Origin: Candidatus Saccharimonadales bacterium | GTDB lineage: Bacteria > Patescibacteriota > Saccharimonadia > Saccharimonadales > DATKHC01 | Length of the DNA: 64,000 nucleotides | Assembly: GCA_038317055.1 (NCBI GenBank) | Contig: JBBQBA010000001.1 | Span: 280,153-344,152 of the forward strand | Reading direction: 5' to 3' | Part shown: positions 1 to 9,066 of the stretch, in pieces | Layout: each line of letters starts with the position of its first letter | How positions within the stretch are numbered: position 1 is the stretch's first letter | Notes under the pieces: generated by a model | Seen by the model: only the letters and a program-made list of their open reading frames with translations | What the model was told of the DNA's origin: nothing | The model's database searches: none | Position numbers and translations under genes: made by a program

Positions 1-190
1 ATGCAAGAAGCAATAATAATATTTGTGAACTGTGCCTATATGAGGCAACTTTATATAACGATCTTGCGGGTTCTTGGCCTAAACGTGCTCTTCGTTTTAG
101 TTCAATTATAGGAATCGACTTATATACTTTCGCAACACTAATAAATAGAATAACCAGCAAGGCTAAAATAACTATCAATATTACGTACAT
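1..190 (-). CDS. partial CDS (5' end only, runs off window): membrane protein N-terminus
   Basis: Hand translation from ATG at 190..188 (minus) gives MYVILIVILALLVILFISVAKVYKSIPIIELKRRARLGQEPARSLYKVASYRHSSQILLLLLA..., open to position 1. It has a hydrophobic N-terminal helix followed by a basic segment. It is truncated and absent from the supplied ORF track. Function is not assignable. Confidence 0.3.
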   Translation of the reverse strand, partial: MYVILIVILALLVILFISVAKVYKSIPIIELKRRARLGQEPARSLYKVASYRHSSQILLLLLA

Positions 191-499
191 GAAATCAGTC
201 TAACACGCTAAAGCATTAGATATTAATTACCTTTTAATACTTTATAAATTGTTGCCATCTTGGACGGCGAATCTTAACTTCCACTTTGGCACCTCGTGAG
301 GGTATTATTTTTATTTTTATGGGCATAGCCCACACCTCCCACTCAAAATGTTCCACCATAAAACATCTTGAGATTTTTTTATTATGTTTTTGTCTTCAAT
401 ACAGAGAAACAACTCTGCTTTTTAGAAGTACTTATATTTTTACATAAGCGTTAAGTAAAGTCAATTGATTTTATAGACTCAATTTTCTTATAAAAACAT

Positions 500-3094
500 T
501 TACTGAGGCTTTTTATATTGTCTATATAAGTAGAAGCCAAATGTACTATTACTATTACATTGCCCTATCGACTGACATACTGCTGTGTCATGTTTTGCGT
601 ATTCCAAGTATGCGTCTACTTTGTGATCTAATAAAGTGCCTGAAACATTTACAGGAAAGTCGCGAATAGGATAACCAATATAGTAAGTAAGTGGAATTAT
701 AACCTGTCCCGCATATTGCTGTTGCTCGTAGTGTGTATAAGCAGTCTTAACCAACCTTCCAACAGCTATATGATCGACATGATCGGGAAATGTAGTGCTT
801 AAATAGGAAGCTTGAGTCCTAATTTCAGAAGGTTGATAAACGTGCATAATGGTCGTTATGGCAGATGTCAATTGTGGCAAGCTATAATAAGATTGCCCAT
901 CAACTGAATTAATAGTTTTAATTTTACTCTGCTCTAAAGCTTGCAGACTCTGGTAATGATTCGATTGAAAACCTTCGCCCTTTAGATTACCGTCTGGTAA
1001 ATGCATAAATATCAACGAGATTTCAGTGTTGTGTTTTGGATTAGCAATAGTAACAAATTCATTTTTGCTAATTTGAACAATTTTTTGGATCCATATACCT
1101 TTATAGCCAATCATTTGAGAATAAGCTGCTTCCGCACCTTGCTCACGAGCTAACCAATAAAACTTACCGGTTCCCGCATCCCCTGCAGTTAAATACACTG
1201 TTCGAATACAGTCTTTATTAGCTATGCTATTTAGTAAATCTGGACTCATAAATAATAGATCGTCATCCTGATGAGCAACAATATTCATGACAGTAGGTTT
1301 TGGACATACTGTATTTAATAGACCACTCAAATTTATCGGGAAAATAGTAGCTAGTAGCTGGGGATTATAAGTAACTGGAGCTGGTTTCTTGGTCTGTATA
1401 CCATTATCATAGAACAACAGTAGTTCAGTGGGCTTACTTAAGCTGCCCTCAATAAGAGTACTTGAGTTTGGTTTACCGTATTGCTTAATTACCTGGTTTA
1501 CATTACATGTCGGGTAATCTGTAAGGCTCTTATCAAATGATATTAGATATGCAAAACTGTGTTTAGTAAGATTAGTTTGCCAAGCTAAGCTTGTTAGAGT
1601 ATTTCGCGGATCCGTACAGCTAGCAAGTGGCATTACATTAAAGCTACTTTTAGTTATTAGTTTTGTTGGTATAACTCGCCAATAATCACCAATAAGTGTA
1701 TCAATTTGGTGATGATTTAATATTTCAGCAATTTGACTATCTCGTTGGTTTACGTCTTTGACGGCAGATGAATCTTCGTGGTAAAAATGTAGTGTATTAA
1801 ATGCTCCTAGAAATATTCCAATAGTAATAATTGCTCCGACAATAACTACATCTCGAGCCAACCATTTCCGGCTTCGTAGATAAACTGCTCCAGAAATAAA
1901 CAAAGTAAAAAATGAAATTGTCAGATATCTAGAATCCACAGCATAGTCGTGCTGAGTGAATATAAATAAACCTGCAGCTATAACTGTCGTCCATATGAGC
2001 ATGATTGCTAAACTATTAGATTTTGTAAAACGAGATTGCATTTTTATTTTTGAGAAACTATTTCTTGTAACTACAAATACTGCATAAATAGCGGCGACAA
2101 ATAATACTGCATTAATTACAATGGCTAATCCGCCAAGGCTAAATAAACCATGTAATGTTTGACTTGGCACATTTCTTAAAATTGTGTAGTTGCTTGCTGG
2201 ATTTGCTCCAAAGTTAGTTAGTAATCCAAAAAATCCATAAACAATTCCGAGAGCTAAAGAGTGAACATTTTGGACTAAACCATACGGGCTATTGGATGAC
2301 TGACCAATAATATTAGTAAAGTGAGTTACATTTATTATCCACAATATTAACGATGCAAGAGTTGCACCGACTAAACTTGTGATGATCCAGTTTACGGAAA
2401 TGCTAACGTAATGCCATTTTTTGATGAGACTATAAATTATTAGCGCTAAGAATGCTCCGGCAATACTTAGGCTTAGGAATAATTTATCACTTGCAAAAAG
2501 TATTGATAAACCAAGTATGGCAAATATTAAATTCCTGTCTTTAATCCTTGGCGTCTTGGTTATTAAAATTAGGCTTCCGATATAAAGCAGATATTCTAAA
2601 TTACGAGTAGATATCATAGCCATATTTGCCGGTAACAATGCACCAGCATAAGGTTGAGCTGGGATACTAATAAGAACAGATGCTAGCGCCAAACAAAGGG
2701 TACCGAAAACCAATGGTCTATTTTCTATTTTATGGAGTATATAAGTAAATGCAGCGACAGTTATTGTAACTATTATGACCGTGAATGCAGTGATCATTAC
2801 AGGGGAAGAACCCAGTAATCTAATCAATAAGAAGAAAGGCCATTTTAGTAAAAACGTATGTTGGCCTGGTATTAATGCACCATGAAATGTCTTAGAATGT
2901 TCAAATAACAATGTGTTTACAAGTTGGTCAGCATTTCCTTGCTGTACTTTGGCACTTAATAATGACCAAAATATAGTTGTCGCAAATAGTAATATTAGTG
3001 AGCCAATTACATATGCTTTAAGAAATACTGGTAGCTTAATTAGGTCATTAAAACTGTTTAAAAGCTTTGTGCTTTTCTTATTTAGATCGACCAT
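500..3094 (-). CDS. polytopic membrane protein (GT-C/ArnT-like N-terminal half) fused to a C-terminal PIG-L/LmbE-family de-N-acetylase domain
   Basis: 864-aa ORF with many hydrophobic helices through about aa 440. The C-terminal third carries the PIG-L signature series VAHQDDDLLFMSPD (AHPDDE-type), VYLTAGDAG, HLPDGNL and FPDHVDHIAVG (HxDH). Confidence 0.75.
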   Translation of the reverse strand: MVDLNKKSTKLLNSFNDLIKLPVFLKAYVIGSLILLFATTIFWSLLSAKVQQGNADQLVNTLLFEHSKTFHGALIPGQHTFLLKWPFFLLIRLLGSSPVMITAFTVIIVTITVAAFTYILHKIENRPLVFGTLCLALASVLISIPAQPYAGALLPANMAMISTRNLEYLLYIGSLILITKTPRIKDRNLIFAILGLSILFASDKLFLSLSIAGAFLALIIYSLIKKWHYVSISVNWIITSLVGATLASLILWIINVTHFTNIIGQSSNSPYGLVQNVHSLALGIVYGFFGLLTNFGANPASNYTILRNVPSQTLHGLFSLGGLAIVINAVLFVAAIYAVFVVTRNSFSKIKMQSRFTKSNSLAIMLIWTTVIAAGLFIFTQHDYAVDSRYLTISFFTLFISGAVYLRSRKWLARDVVIVGAIITIGIFLGAFNTLHFYHEDSSAVKDVNQRDSQIAEILNHHQIDTLIGDYWRVIPTKLITKSSFNVMPLASCTDPRNTLTSLAWQTNLTKHSFAYLISFDKSLTDYPTCNVNQVIKQYGKPNSSTLIEGSLSKPTELLLFYDNGIQTKKPAPVTYNPQLLATIFPINLSGLLNTVCPKPTVMNIVAHQDDDLLFMSPDLLNSIANKDCIRTVYLTAGDAGTGKFYWLAREQGAEAAYSQMIGYKGIWIQKIVQISKNEFVTIANPKHNTEISLIFMHLPDGNLKGEGFQSNHYQSLQALEQSKIKTINSVDGQSYYSLPQLTSAITTIMHVYQPSEIRTQASYLSTTFPDHVDHIAVGRLVKTAYTHYEQQQYAGQVIIPLTYYIGYPIRDFPVNVSGTLLDHKVDAYLEYAKHDTAVCQSIGQCNSNSTFGFYLYRQYKKPQ

Positions 3095-3162
3095 AAATTT
3101 ATAATTGGACCCTTCATGATTAGCTGAAATACTGTATTAATCCAGAAAGTCTCATTTGATTA

Positions 3163-3606
3163 CTAGTAAATAATTTCATTGGTGTTAGCGTTAGCAAAAA
3201 TATGCGTCCGGTATAGATAAAAATTCCAAATTGTAGTTATCGCAATAGCAACTGTGCGAATTAAAACTGCTGGCAGAATGTGGGCAAATAGCTTTGCTAA
3301 AAGAATTGTGAACCCAAAATTGAAAATAACTAAAACTAAGAACGCTAGTGTTTGAGTCAATAGTACTTTTCTATGAATTCTTTTATCGTTAAAAGTAACT
3401 AGTTTTTGGAGCATAAATGATAGTAATAAACCTACCCAAAAACTGACACCAATTGAAATTATACTGTTATAGCCAATTTTTTGCATTACATAGATCACAA
3501 GCAATTCAAACAAATACACGCTACCACCGATTAAAATATATCGGTGTAGTTCGTTTCTAGCTATCACTATCTTTAGCCTCAATTCCCAGAGATGAATCAT
3601 GGTCAA
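3163..3606 (-). CDS. GtrA-family small membrane protein (candidate lipid-linked sugar translocase)
   Basis: 147 aa with 4 predicted TM helices. It has GtrA-like C-terminal motifs (...LQKLVTFNDKR..., ...WNFYLYRTHIF). It overlaps the 3' end of the upstream GT2 gene by about 50 nt, consistent with co-transcription. Confidence 0.6.
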   Translation of the reverse strand: MTMIHLWELRLKIVIARNELHRYILIGGSVYLFELLVIYVMQKIGYNSIISIGVSFWVGLLLSFMLQKLVTFNDKRIHRKVLLTQTLAFLVLVIFNFGFTILLAKLFAHILPAVLIRTVAIAITTIWNFYLYRTHIFANANTNEIIY

Positions 3607-4540
3607 TTATATACAATGGCCGTCCTCGTGTTTGGCTTTGAATATGAGATATATAAAGTGACAAGATTCCTTGGGACGAAAGTATTATACCAACTAAAAA
3701 TAGTATTAATATCCCTAACATTGCAGAGCCCGTAAAATTCCAATTCCATGGGTCATTTAATAATATCTGTTCAATGAACACCGTTATACCTAAGATAAAC
3801 GATATACCCGTAATAATTACACCTAAGTAACCAAATAAATAAAGTGGTGTAGGCGTTAAAGATACAAAACTATTTGCTGCTAATTTAAATAATTTATTTT
3901 TTCCATACGAAGCAGTTCCGTTAACTCTAGCACTTGCATGGAAATGTATATATGCGCGTTTGAAACCAAGCCAATCAATTAAACCTCTAGTAATTCGATC
4001 TGATTCAGTTAGTTTCAGAAATTCATTACGTACAACTTTATCAATTAACCGATAGTCTGTGGATCCGGGAATTAATTTTTGCTTGGTTAGACTATTAAAT
4101 ATAGAGTAAAACAACTTAGAACCAATTTGCTTAAAAAGACCTTCTCCTTCATTACCAACCCTTATACCAACTACGACTTTAGCTCCATCTTCCCAGCTTC
4201 TAATAAAATTAGGAATTAAGTTTACGGGATGTTGACCGTCTCCATCTAACATTATTACTGCATCACCCCGCGATGCTGCAATTCCAGCTGAAAGCGCATT
4301 TTCTTTACCGAAATTTCTAGACAATTGGAGGTATTTTATCTTTGTATTATTTTTATGCCAGGTTGAGATCGTTTCGAAAGTATTATCTGTGCTACCGTCA
4401 TCACAGTAAATTAACTCATAAGTATAGTTTTCCAGATTTTTTAGTATTTCAACTATTTGATTGTGAAACACATTTAATCCTTCTGCCTCATTGAAAATGG
4501 GCACAACCACAGACACCATAGATTTCTTTAAATCACTCAC
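3557..4540 (-). CDS. GT2 polyprenyl-phosphate glycosyltransferase (GtrB/ArnC/DPM1-like) with C-terminal TM helices
   Basis: Motifs VSVVVPIFNEAEGL, YCDDGSTDNT and MLDGDGQHP, plus two C-terminal hydrophobic helices. This is the typical bactoprenol-phosphate hexose synthase architecture. Confidence 0.8.
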   Translation of the reverse strand: MSDLKKSMVSVVVPIFNEAEGLNVFHNQIVEILKNLENYTYELIYCDDGSTDNTFETISTWHKNNTKIKYLQLSRNFGKENALSAGIAASRGDAVIMLDGDGQHPVNLIPNFIRSWEDGAKVVVGIRVGNEGEGLFKQIGSKLFYSIFNSLTKQKLIPGSTDYRLIDKVVRNEFLKLTESDRITRGLIDWLGFKRAYIHFHASARVNGTASYGKNKLFKLAANSFVSLTPTPLYLFGYLGVIITGISFILGITVFIEQILLNDPWNWNFTGSAMLGILILFLVGIILSSQGILSLYISHIQSQTRGRPLYIIDHDSSLGIEAKDSDS

Positions 4541-4686
4541 TTTGAGGCTAAGTATAACAGATGTAATGTCTAATAAACTAACAGTATTTCAACATGATTT
4601 TTTATGGAAACATAATGATAATGCTTTTTTGATATGTAGGCTTATCAAGGTAAACTATTAACAGGTTAGAATTTAAAAAAATACAA

Positions 4687-6384
4687 ATGCACGAAAGCGT
4701 CTTTACAGCCCTAAGTATCGTTATAGTCATCGCATCCGGAATGGCACTGTTGATGAGGCTTTTAAAACAGCCCTTAATAATTGGCCATATCCTAACTGGA
4801 ATAGTCGTTGGGCCTCTGGTTTTTCACGTTCTTAACTCTGTTAATACTATTCAAACTTTTTCTAACATTGGTATAGCCTTATTGTTATTTATAATCGGAC
4901 TCGGGCTTAATCCTAGAGTTATTAAAGAAGTCGGTAAAATTGCTGCTGTTGCTGGTTTTATTGAAGTTGGAATTATTTCATTTGTAAGTATTATAGTGGC
5001 AAAAGAGTTGGGCTTTAATTATAAACAAGCAATTTTTCTAGGTATAGCTCTATCATTTAGTAGTACTATTATTATTTTAAAACTCTTAAGCGATAAGAAA
5101 GAAAGTAACCGCCTATACGGCAAAATAACTATTGGAATTCTTATAATTCAAGATCTTGTAGCTGTGGTTGCTCTATTATTTGTAACCTCACAAGGGAATA
5201 ATTCAACCATTTCTCTATCTGAACTAGATTGGTTAGCTGTCAAAGGACTACTAGCTGCTCTACCACTCTTTCTTATTGGTGGATATGTGTTGCCAAAATT
5301 TAGTAAATTTATTTCTAGCTCTCAGGAATTCTTATTTTTATTTGCAATCGGTTGGGGTTTTGGAGCTGCTGCACTTTTTCAAGGAATTGGATTTTCTTTA
5401 GAGATTGGCGCATTACTAGGTGGTGTAGCCCTGGCTTCACTTCCGTTTAGTCAAGAAATAAGTGCTAGATTGAGACCACTTAGAGACTTTTTTATTGTTG
5501 TTTTCTTTATATCTCTCGGCAGTCGGCTGACTTTTTCTACCATCGGAACAGAACTTAAACTTCTGATAATTTGTGCGCTTATAGTCATAATTTTAAAACC
5601 CTTTGTAGTCTTACTAACTATGAGTGTTATGAGATACACAAAACAAACTAGCTTTAAAACCGCAATTAGTTTGGGTCAAATAAGTGAATTCTCATTAGTT
5701 TTAGTTCTTTTAGGAAATTCTGCGGGTATAGTTCCAGCAAGCATGGTTAATGTAATTACATTTATTGCATTAATAACAATCGCAAGTTCTACCTACCTTA
5801 TTAATTATGCAAACGGCATATACAAAGTAGTAGAGAAACCATTAAGACTACTCGAAAGAGCCAGAACTCATACTGAGAGCGCCCTTTCCAAACATCGATA
5901 TGAACTAGTCCTGTTTGGTTATAGAAAAGGAGGACAGGAATTTATTCAGTTATTTAAAAGAATGAAAAAAGATTTCGTTGTTGTAGATTACGACCCAGAA
6001 GTAATTGAGACAATGGAACAGCAAAAAATTAATTGTATATACGGTGATGCTACTGACATTGAGTTACTAGAAGAAATTGGAATAGAAAAATCTAAACTAA
6101 TAGTTTCGGCTGTAACAGATCATAATGCAAACGTATTCTTGCTAAAACTTATTACTAAGATAAACCCACGAGCGATTATTATTGTTCATGCGGAATCAAT
6201 TAAAAAAGCTACAGAATTATATGATCTTGGAGCAAGCTATGTAGTCATGCCACATTACATTGGTAGCGATAATATTGCTGCATTTATTAGGAAGAGTGAG
6301 CTTAAAAAGAGTGAGTTCATTAAATATCAGGAGAAACACAAAGCTTATATTCAAAAGCACTATGCGCTTGATACAGAAGCATAA
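4687..6384 (+). CDS. CPA2 cation:proton antiporter with C-terminal RCK/TrkA-N domain (KefB/KefC-like)
   Basis: 565 aa. The N-terminal ~380 aa is a multi-TM Na+/H+-exchanger-type domain. The C-terminal part is a Rossmann-like RCK domain (ELVLFGYRKGGQEF...VVVDYDPE...YGDATD). Confidence 0.8.
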   Translation: MHESVFTALSIVIVIASGMALLMRLLKQPLIIGHILTGIVVGPLVFHVLNSVNTIQTFSNIGIALLLFIIGLGLNPRVIKEVGKIAAVAGFIEVGIISFVSIIVAKELGFNYKQAIFLGIALSFSSTIIILKLLSDKKESNRLYGKITIGILIIQDLVAVVALLFVTSQGNNSTISLSELDWLAVKGLLAALPLFLIGGYVLPKFSKFISSSQEFLFLFAIGWGFGAAALFQGIGFSLEIGALLGGVALASLPFSQEISARLRPLRDFFIVVFFISLGSRLTFSTIGTELKLLIICALIVIILKPFVVLLTMSVMRYTKQTSFKTAISLGQISEFSLVLVLLGNSAGIVPASMVNVITFIALITIASSTYLINYANGIYKVVEKPLRLLERARTHTESALSKHRYELVLFGYRKGGQEFIQLFKRMKKDFVVVDYDPEVIETMEQQKINCIYGDATDIELLEEIGIEKSKLIVSAVTDHNANVFLLKLITKINPRAIIIVHAESIKKATELYDLGASYVVMPHYIGSDNIAAFIRKSELKKSEFIKYQEKHKAYIQKHYALDTEA

Positions 6385-6962
6385 AGTTTCTGACTAACAA
6401 TATAGTCGTATACTGACTTTGGTATTTCCTCGGGAATAATACCGTTTTTAAGTTTTTTCTTAATGTCTGTACTACTTATTATTAGTGTCTTTACCTTAAA
6501 CCAGGAATATTTAAATTTAAGACCACTTGTGTCACTGAGTAGTTTTAATCTTAGATTAATTTCGTCAGGTGATTGTTTACTTAGTCCCACAATAATATCC
6601 ATGTTAGAAAAGTTATAACTTAATAGATTAGGCAAACTAAAGAATCTTTTTAGTGCATAATCTGGAATTATTAATGCCAGCTTTTGACCGTTAAACCTTG
6701 ATTGGATTAACTTTATATATTGTTCCAAACTAACACGTGATTTAGTCACAATTGTTCCCAGTTTTGGGTTATTAGCAACACCCAGTATTGCCATGTTAAC
6801 CCTGTGATCAAAAGCTTTAACCCCTTGCCTGTATTTTGGTGTAGGTTCTACTAGGAAATATAACTTATCTAAATTGTGTTTCTTCAAAGCATCTTCAGCA
6901 AAGTCTAAATGACCTTTATGAATTGGATCAAAAGCACTTATATATATACCTATTTTCTTCAT
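6360..6962 (-). CDS. nadD: nicotinate/nicotinamide-nucleotide adenylyltransferase (NadD-like cytidylyltransferase fold)
   Basis: GIYISAFDPIHKGHLDFAE carries the (H/T)xGH nucleotidyltransferase motif. The C-terminal ISSTDIKKKL matches the ISSTxxR-type NadD motif. Size is 200 aa. Confidence 0.7.
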   Translation of the reverse strand: MKKIGIYISAFDPIHKGHLDFAEDALKKHNLDKLYFLVEPTPKYRQGVKAFDHRVNMAILGVANNPKLGTIVTKSRVSLEQYIKLIQSRFNGQKLALIIPDYALKRFFSLPNLLSYNFSNMDIIVGLSKQSPDEINLRLKLLSDTSGLKFKYSWFKVKTLIISSTDIKKKLKNGIIPEEIPKSVYDYIVSQKLYASVSSA

Positions 6963-7027
6963 TTAACTAACCCGGTTCTGTGAATTACGCTTTAATATTA
7001 AACAGTATCTTCATTATACTTCTTATT

Positions 7028-8167
7028 TTATTTTTTTGACTTTCTAACTCTACAACCGCATGATCCGAAAACATGAGTCTTAGTTACGGTGGTCCTGACG
7101 TTAGTGGCAGTACAATGTGGACATTTCTTTGATATAAAAGTACATTCTGTGTCCTCATCAGAGTCATCATCACCATAACCTGCTTCTTTTAACCCAAATT
7201 CTTTTGTAAAACCCTCTGCAATTAAAGTTGCACCACAGGCACTAAAAGATTTACCTAAATATCTAGCGTTTTCACCATTACGTTCTAACTCTCGAATAAG
7301 TATATTAGGATCAAGCTGAGAAAGTTGTGACCTAAGTATTTGACTATTAATTTCTTCATGCTCAAATCGTTTCTGCATAGTAGCGGCAGCATTGTACATA
7401 ATTGTATCTGACAGTTCACCAGCATGTTGTAGTCGAACACAAGCTTCGATTAAGTCTCTTTGCCTACATACAAAATCGTAAGTATTACGAATATCGGCAG
7501 TCTTTCTTCCGGCAAACCATTTACCTCCAAATTGTTTTGTAAGACTTTGGTCATAAGTTTGCCTTAAATCACCAACTAGTTGTAACTGATCACCCTCAGA
7601 TAATTCTGAACGAATACGTTGTCCCAGTAGTTCTCCTGTTTCTGTTTCCTTTCCAAATTTTCTATAAATTTCTTCAAGAGCTTTTCTATTAGATCCATCA
7701 AGGCTAAGAGAATGCATTTTTATTTTGCCGTTTGGGTGTCTATTAAAGACACGCAACATTGTTTGTTTACGAGTAACGTTATAGCCACCAATATCTTTTG
7801 TGGCGTGCATTAATTCTTCAGGATAATCCGATACAACAATCATAGTGTTGGGACCATAACCTCTAGCCATTTCTATTAATTCGGTACGTTCTTCACGTTC
7901 AATTCGGCTTCGACGAACATTGAACCACATATCCGGATTTTGCCTGACGTATTTTTTTGCATGATCTAAGCCTTTTTGAGTAACTTCATCCAAACCTCGG
8001 CCGTCCGGACCATAAAGGTCAATACCATCAAATAATAAATCAAATTCTGTATGCATTGCACCATCAACTAGTTCACTAAACTGTGTTTCTAGATCATATT
8101 GAGCTTCAAGTTTTGTTTCTTCTATTTGTAAGAATTCTATTCGGACAGCTGAGCTTTCCACTAACAC
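7028..8167 (-). CDS. hypothetical acidic protein with C-terminal Cys-rich zinc-ribbon-like tail
   Basis: 379-aa ORF with a GTG start as given by the track; the start is uncertain. The C-terminus reads ...DDDSDEDTECTFISKKCPHCTATNV...GSCGCRVRKSKK (C-x7-CxxC ... CxC). I recognise no family. Confidence 0.5.
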   Translation of the reverse strand: MLVESSAVRIEFLQIEETKLEAQYDLETQFSELVDGAMHTEFDLLFDGIDLYGPDGRGLDEVTQKGLDHAKKYVRQNPDMWFNVRRSRIEREERTELIEMARGYGPNTMIVVSDYPEELMHATKDIGGYNVTRKQTMLRVFNRHPNGKIKMHSLSLDGSNRKALEEIYRKFGKETETGELLGQRIRSELSEGDQLQLVGDLRQTYDQSLTKQFGGKWFAGRKTADIRNTYDFVCRQRDLIEACVRLQHAGELSDTIMYNAAATMQKRFEHEEINSQILRSQLSQLDPNILIRELERNGENARYLGKSFSACGATLIAEGFTKEFGLKEAGYGDDDSDEDTECTFISKKCPHCTATNVRTTVTKTHVFGSCGCRVRKSKK

Positions 8168-8342
8168 ACCTTTATCTGTTTCCGAGCTAGAGAGTTAGAA
8201 ACTATATGTTCTTGCTCCTGCTCGGGAGACTTTTAGTAAGCTGTATCTGACTTTTTGTATAAAACAAATTTACAGTTGCGGCACAGTGTAGGCTTTTCAC
8301 CTAACTTCCAGCTCTATTTTATTTACCACTCATATATTATCA

Positions 8343-9050
8343 TTACTTGGCCTTAAAGCTAGTGAGTATTGCATAAAATATAGCGTAGTCAGTTGATATA
8401 TTTCTGTCTTTATAAAGAAAGAAATAGTGCTTTGCACCACTCTGTGGTCCAGTTAATGTTACCGAATTTATTGAGCCAATCGTGCCAGTTCCTATTTGAA
8501 CATCAACAAAGCCTGGAATATTACAGTAGAAATCCACTCCACTCCATCTAGCTAAAACCGGGACTAATGATTTTGTACTTCCTGCACTAGTAAAGTTTTT
8601 ACAATTATCGGATATATTTCCATAACTAATTGTTGAACCATTTGAAGTTAATGGTAATTCATAAGTAACTGGATAAGTTGCAGGAATGGGATCAGAATAA
8701 ATTGTTAATTCTCTACCTATTTTTTTGGGATCCGTCGTTCCCGAGTGCCAAGTATAAATCTGAGTATTATTAATTACTGACTTTGTCTGTTGCCAGTCCA
8801 ATGGCAGTTGAAAAGTATAGTTCGGTTCATTAATGGTTTGAGTGACCAAGTTAGAATTACTTGCCTTTAACACAGTTTTTTGAGTAGGTCCTGTTATTAT
8901 TTTAGGTTTCTTTTCAGTTTTGGATATTACAAAAACAATTGTAGCTACTAATATTACGGTAATTAGAATTGAAATAAATAATCCTTTAAATATTTTTCGC
9001 TTACGGTGTCTTGGTGCTCTCCGATCATAGCGGTATTTTCTTCTTCTCAT
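8343..9050 (-). CDS. hypothetical membrane-anchored extracytoplasmic protein
   Basis: 235 aa. It has a very basic N-terminus (MRRRKYRYDRRAPRHRKRK), one TM helix (LFISILITVILVATIVFVI), and a soluble domain of ~180 aa. Confidence 0.5.
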   Translation of the reverse strand: MRRRKYRYDRRAPRHRKRKIFKGLFISILITVILVATIVFVISKTEKKPKIITGPTQKTVLKASNSNLVTQTINEPNYTFQLPLDWQQTKSVINNTQIYTWHSGTTDPKKIGRELTIYSDPIPATYPVTYELPLTSNGSTISYGNISDNCKNFTSAGSTKSLVPVLARWSGVDFYCNIPGFVDVQIGTGTIGSINSVTLTGPQSGAKHYFFLYKDRNISTDYAIFYAILTSFKAK

Positions 9051-9066
9051 AGTTTTAGATTAAGAT

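Noticed and set aside
234-359. 41-codon minus-strand ORF (MVEHFEWEVWAMPIKIKIIPSRGAKVEVKIRRPRWQQFIKY) in a locally GC-richer patch of the 191-499 spacer
   Set aside because: There is no SD upstream, I recognise no family, and it is too short to support from sequence alone. It could be a small protein, a gene remnant or chance. I also looked for tRNA/SRP/6S-like structure here and saw none convincing.
2913-3104. Short antisense or alternative-frame ORFs throughout the track (e.g. 2913-3104, 5451-5639, 14629-14886, 19204-19548, 20046-20291, 20692-20877, 21193-21507, 23339-23551, 25064-25309, 30641-30838, 31634-31852, 41235-41477, 42138-42380, 42408-42650, 43410-43613, 44457-44654, 45510-45746, 46532-46732, 47315-47527, 47567-47803, 48396-48584, 49528-49758, 49763-49969, 51409-51630, 51863-52111, 52345-52557, 54153-54791, 55456-55998, 56950-57168, 58640-58894, 59737-59922, 60371-60616, 60999-61205, 61764-62141)
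   Set aside because: Each is wholly nested in a longer ORF that has recognisable motifs or a coherent membrane or secreted architecture. None has an independent signal.
8168-8342. Possible small RNA or hairpin (TCCGAGC ... GCTCGGA) in the 175-bp spacer upstream of the zinc-ribbon ORF
   Set aside because: There is only a 7-bp stem with a ~30-nt loop in an otherwise unstructured AT-rich region. This is indistinguishable from chance and more likely an ordinary promoter region.
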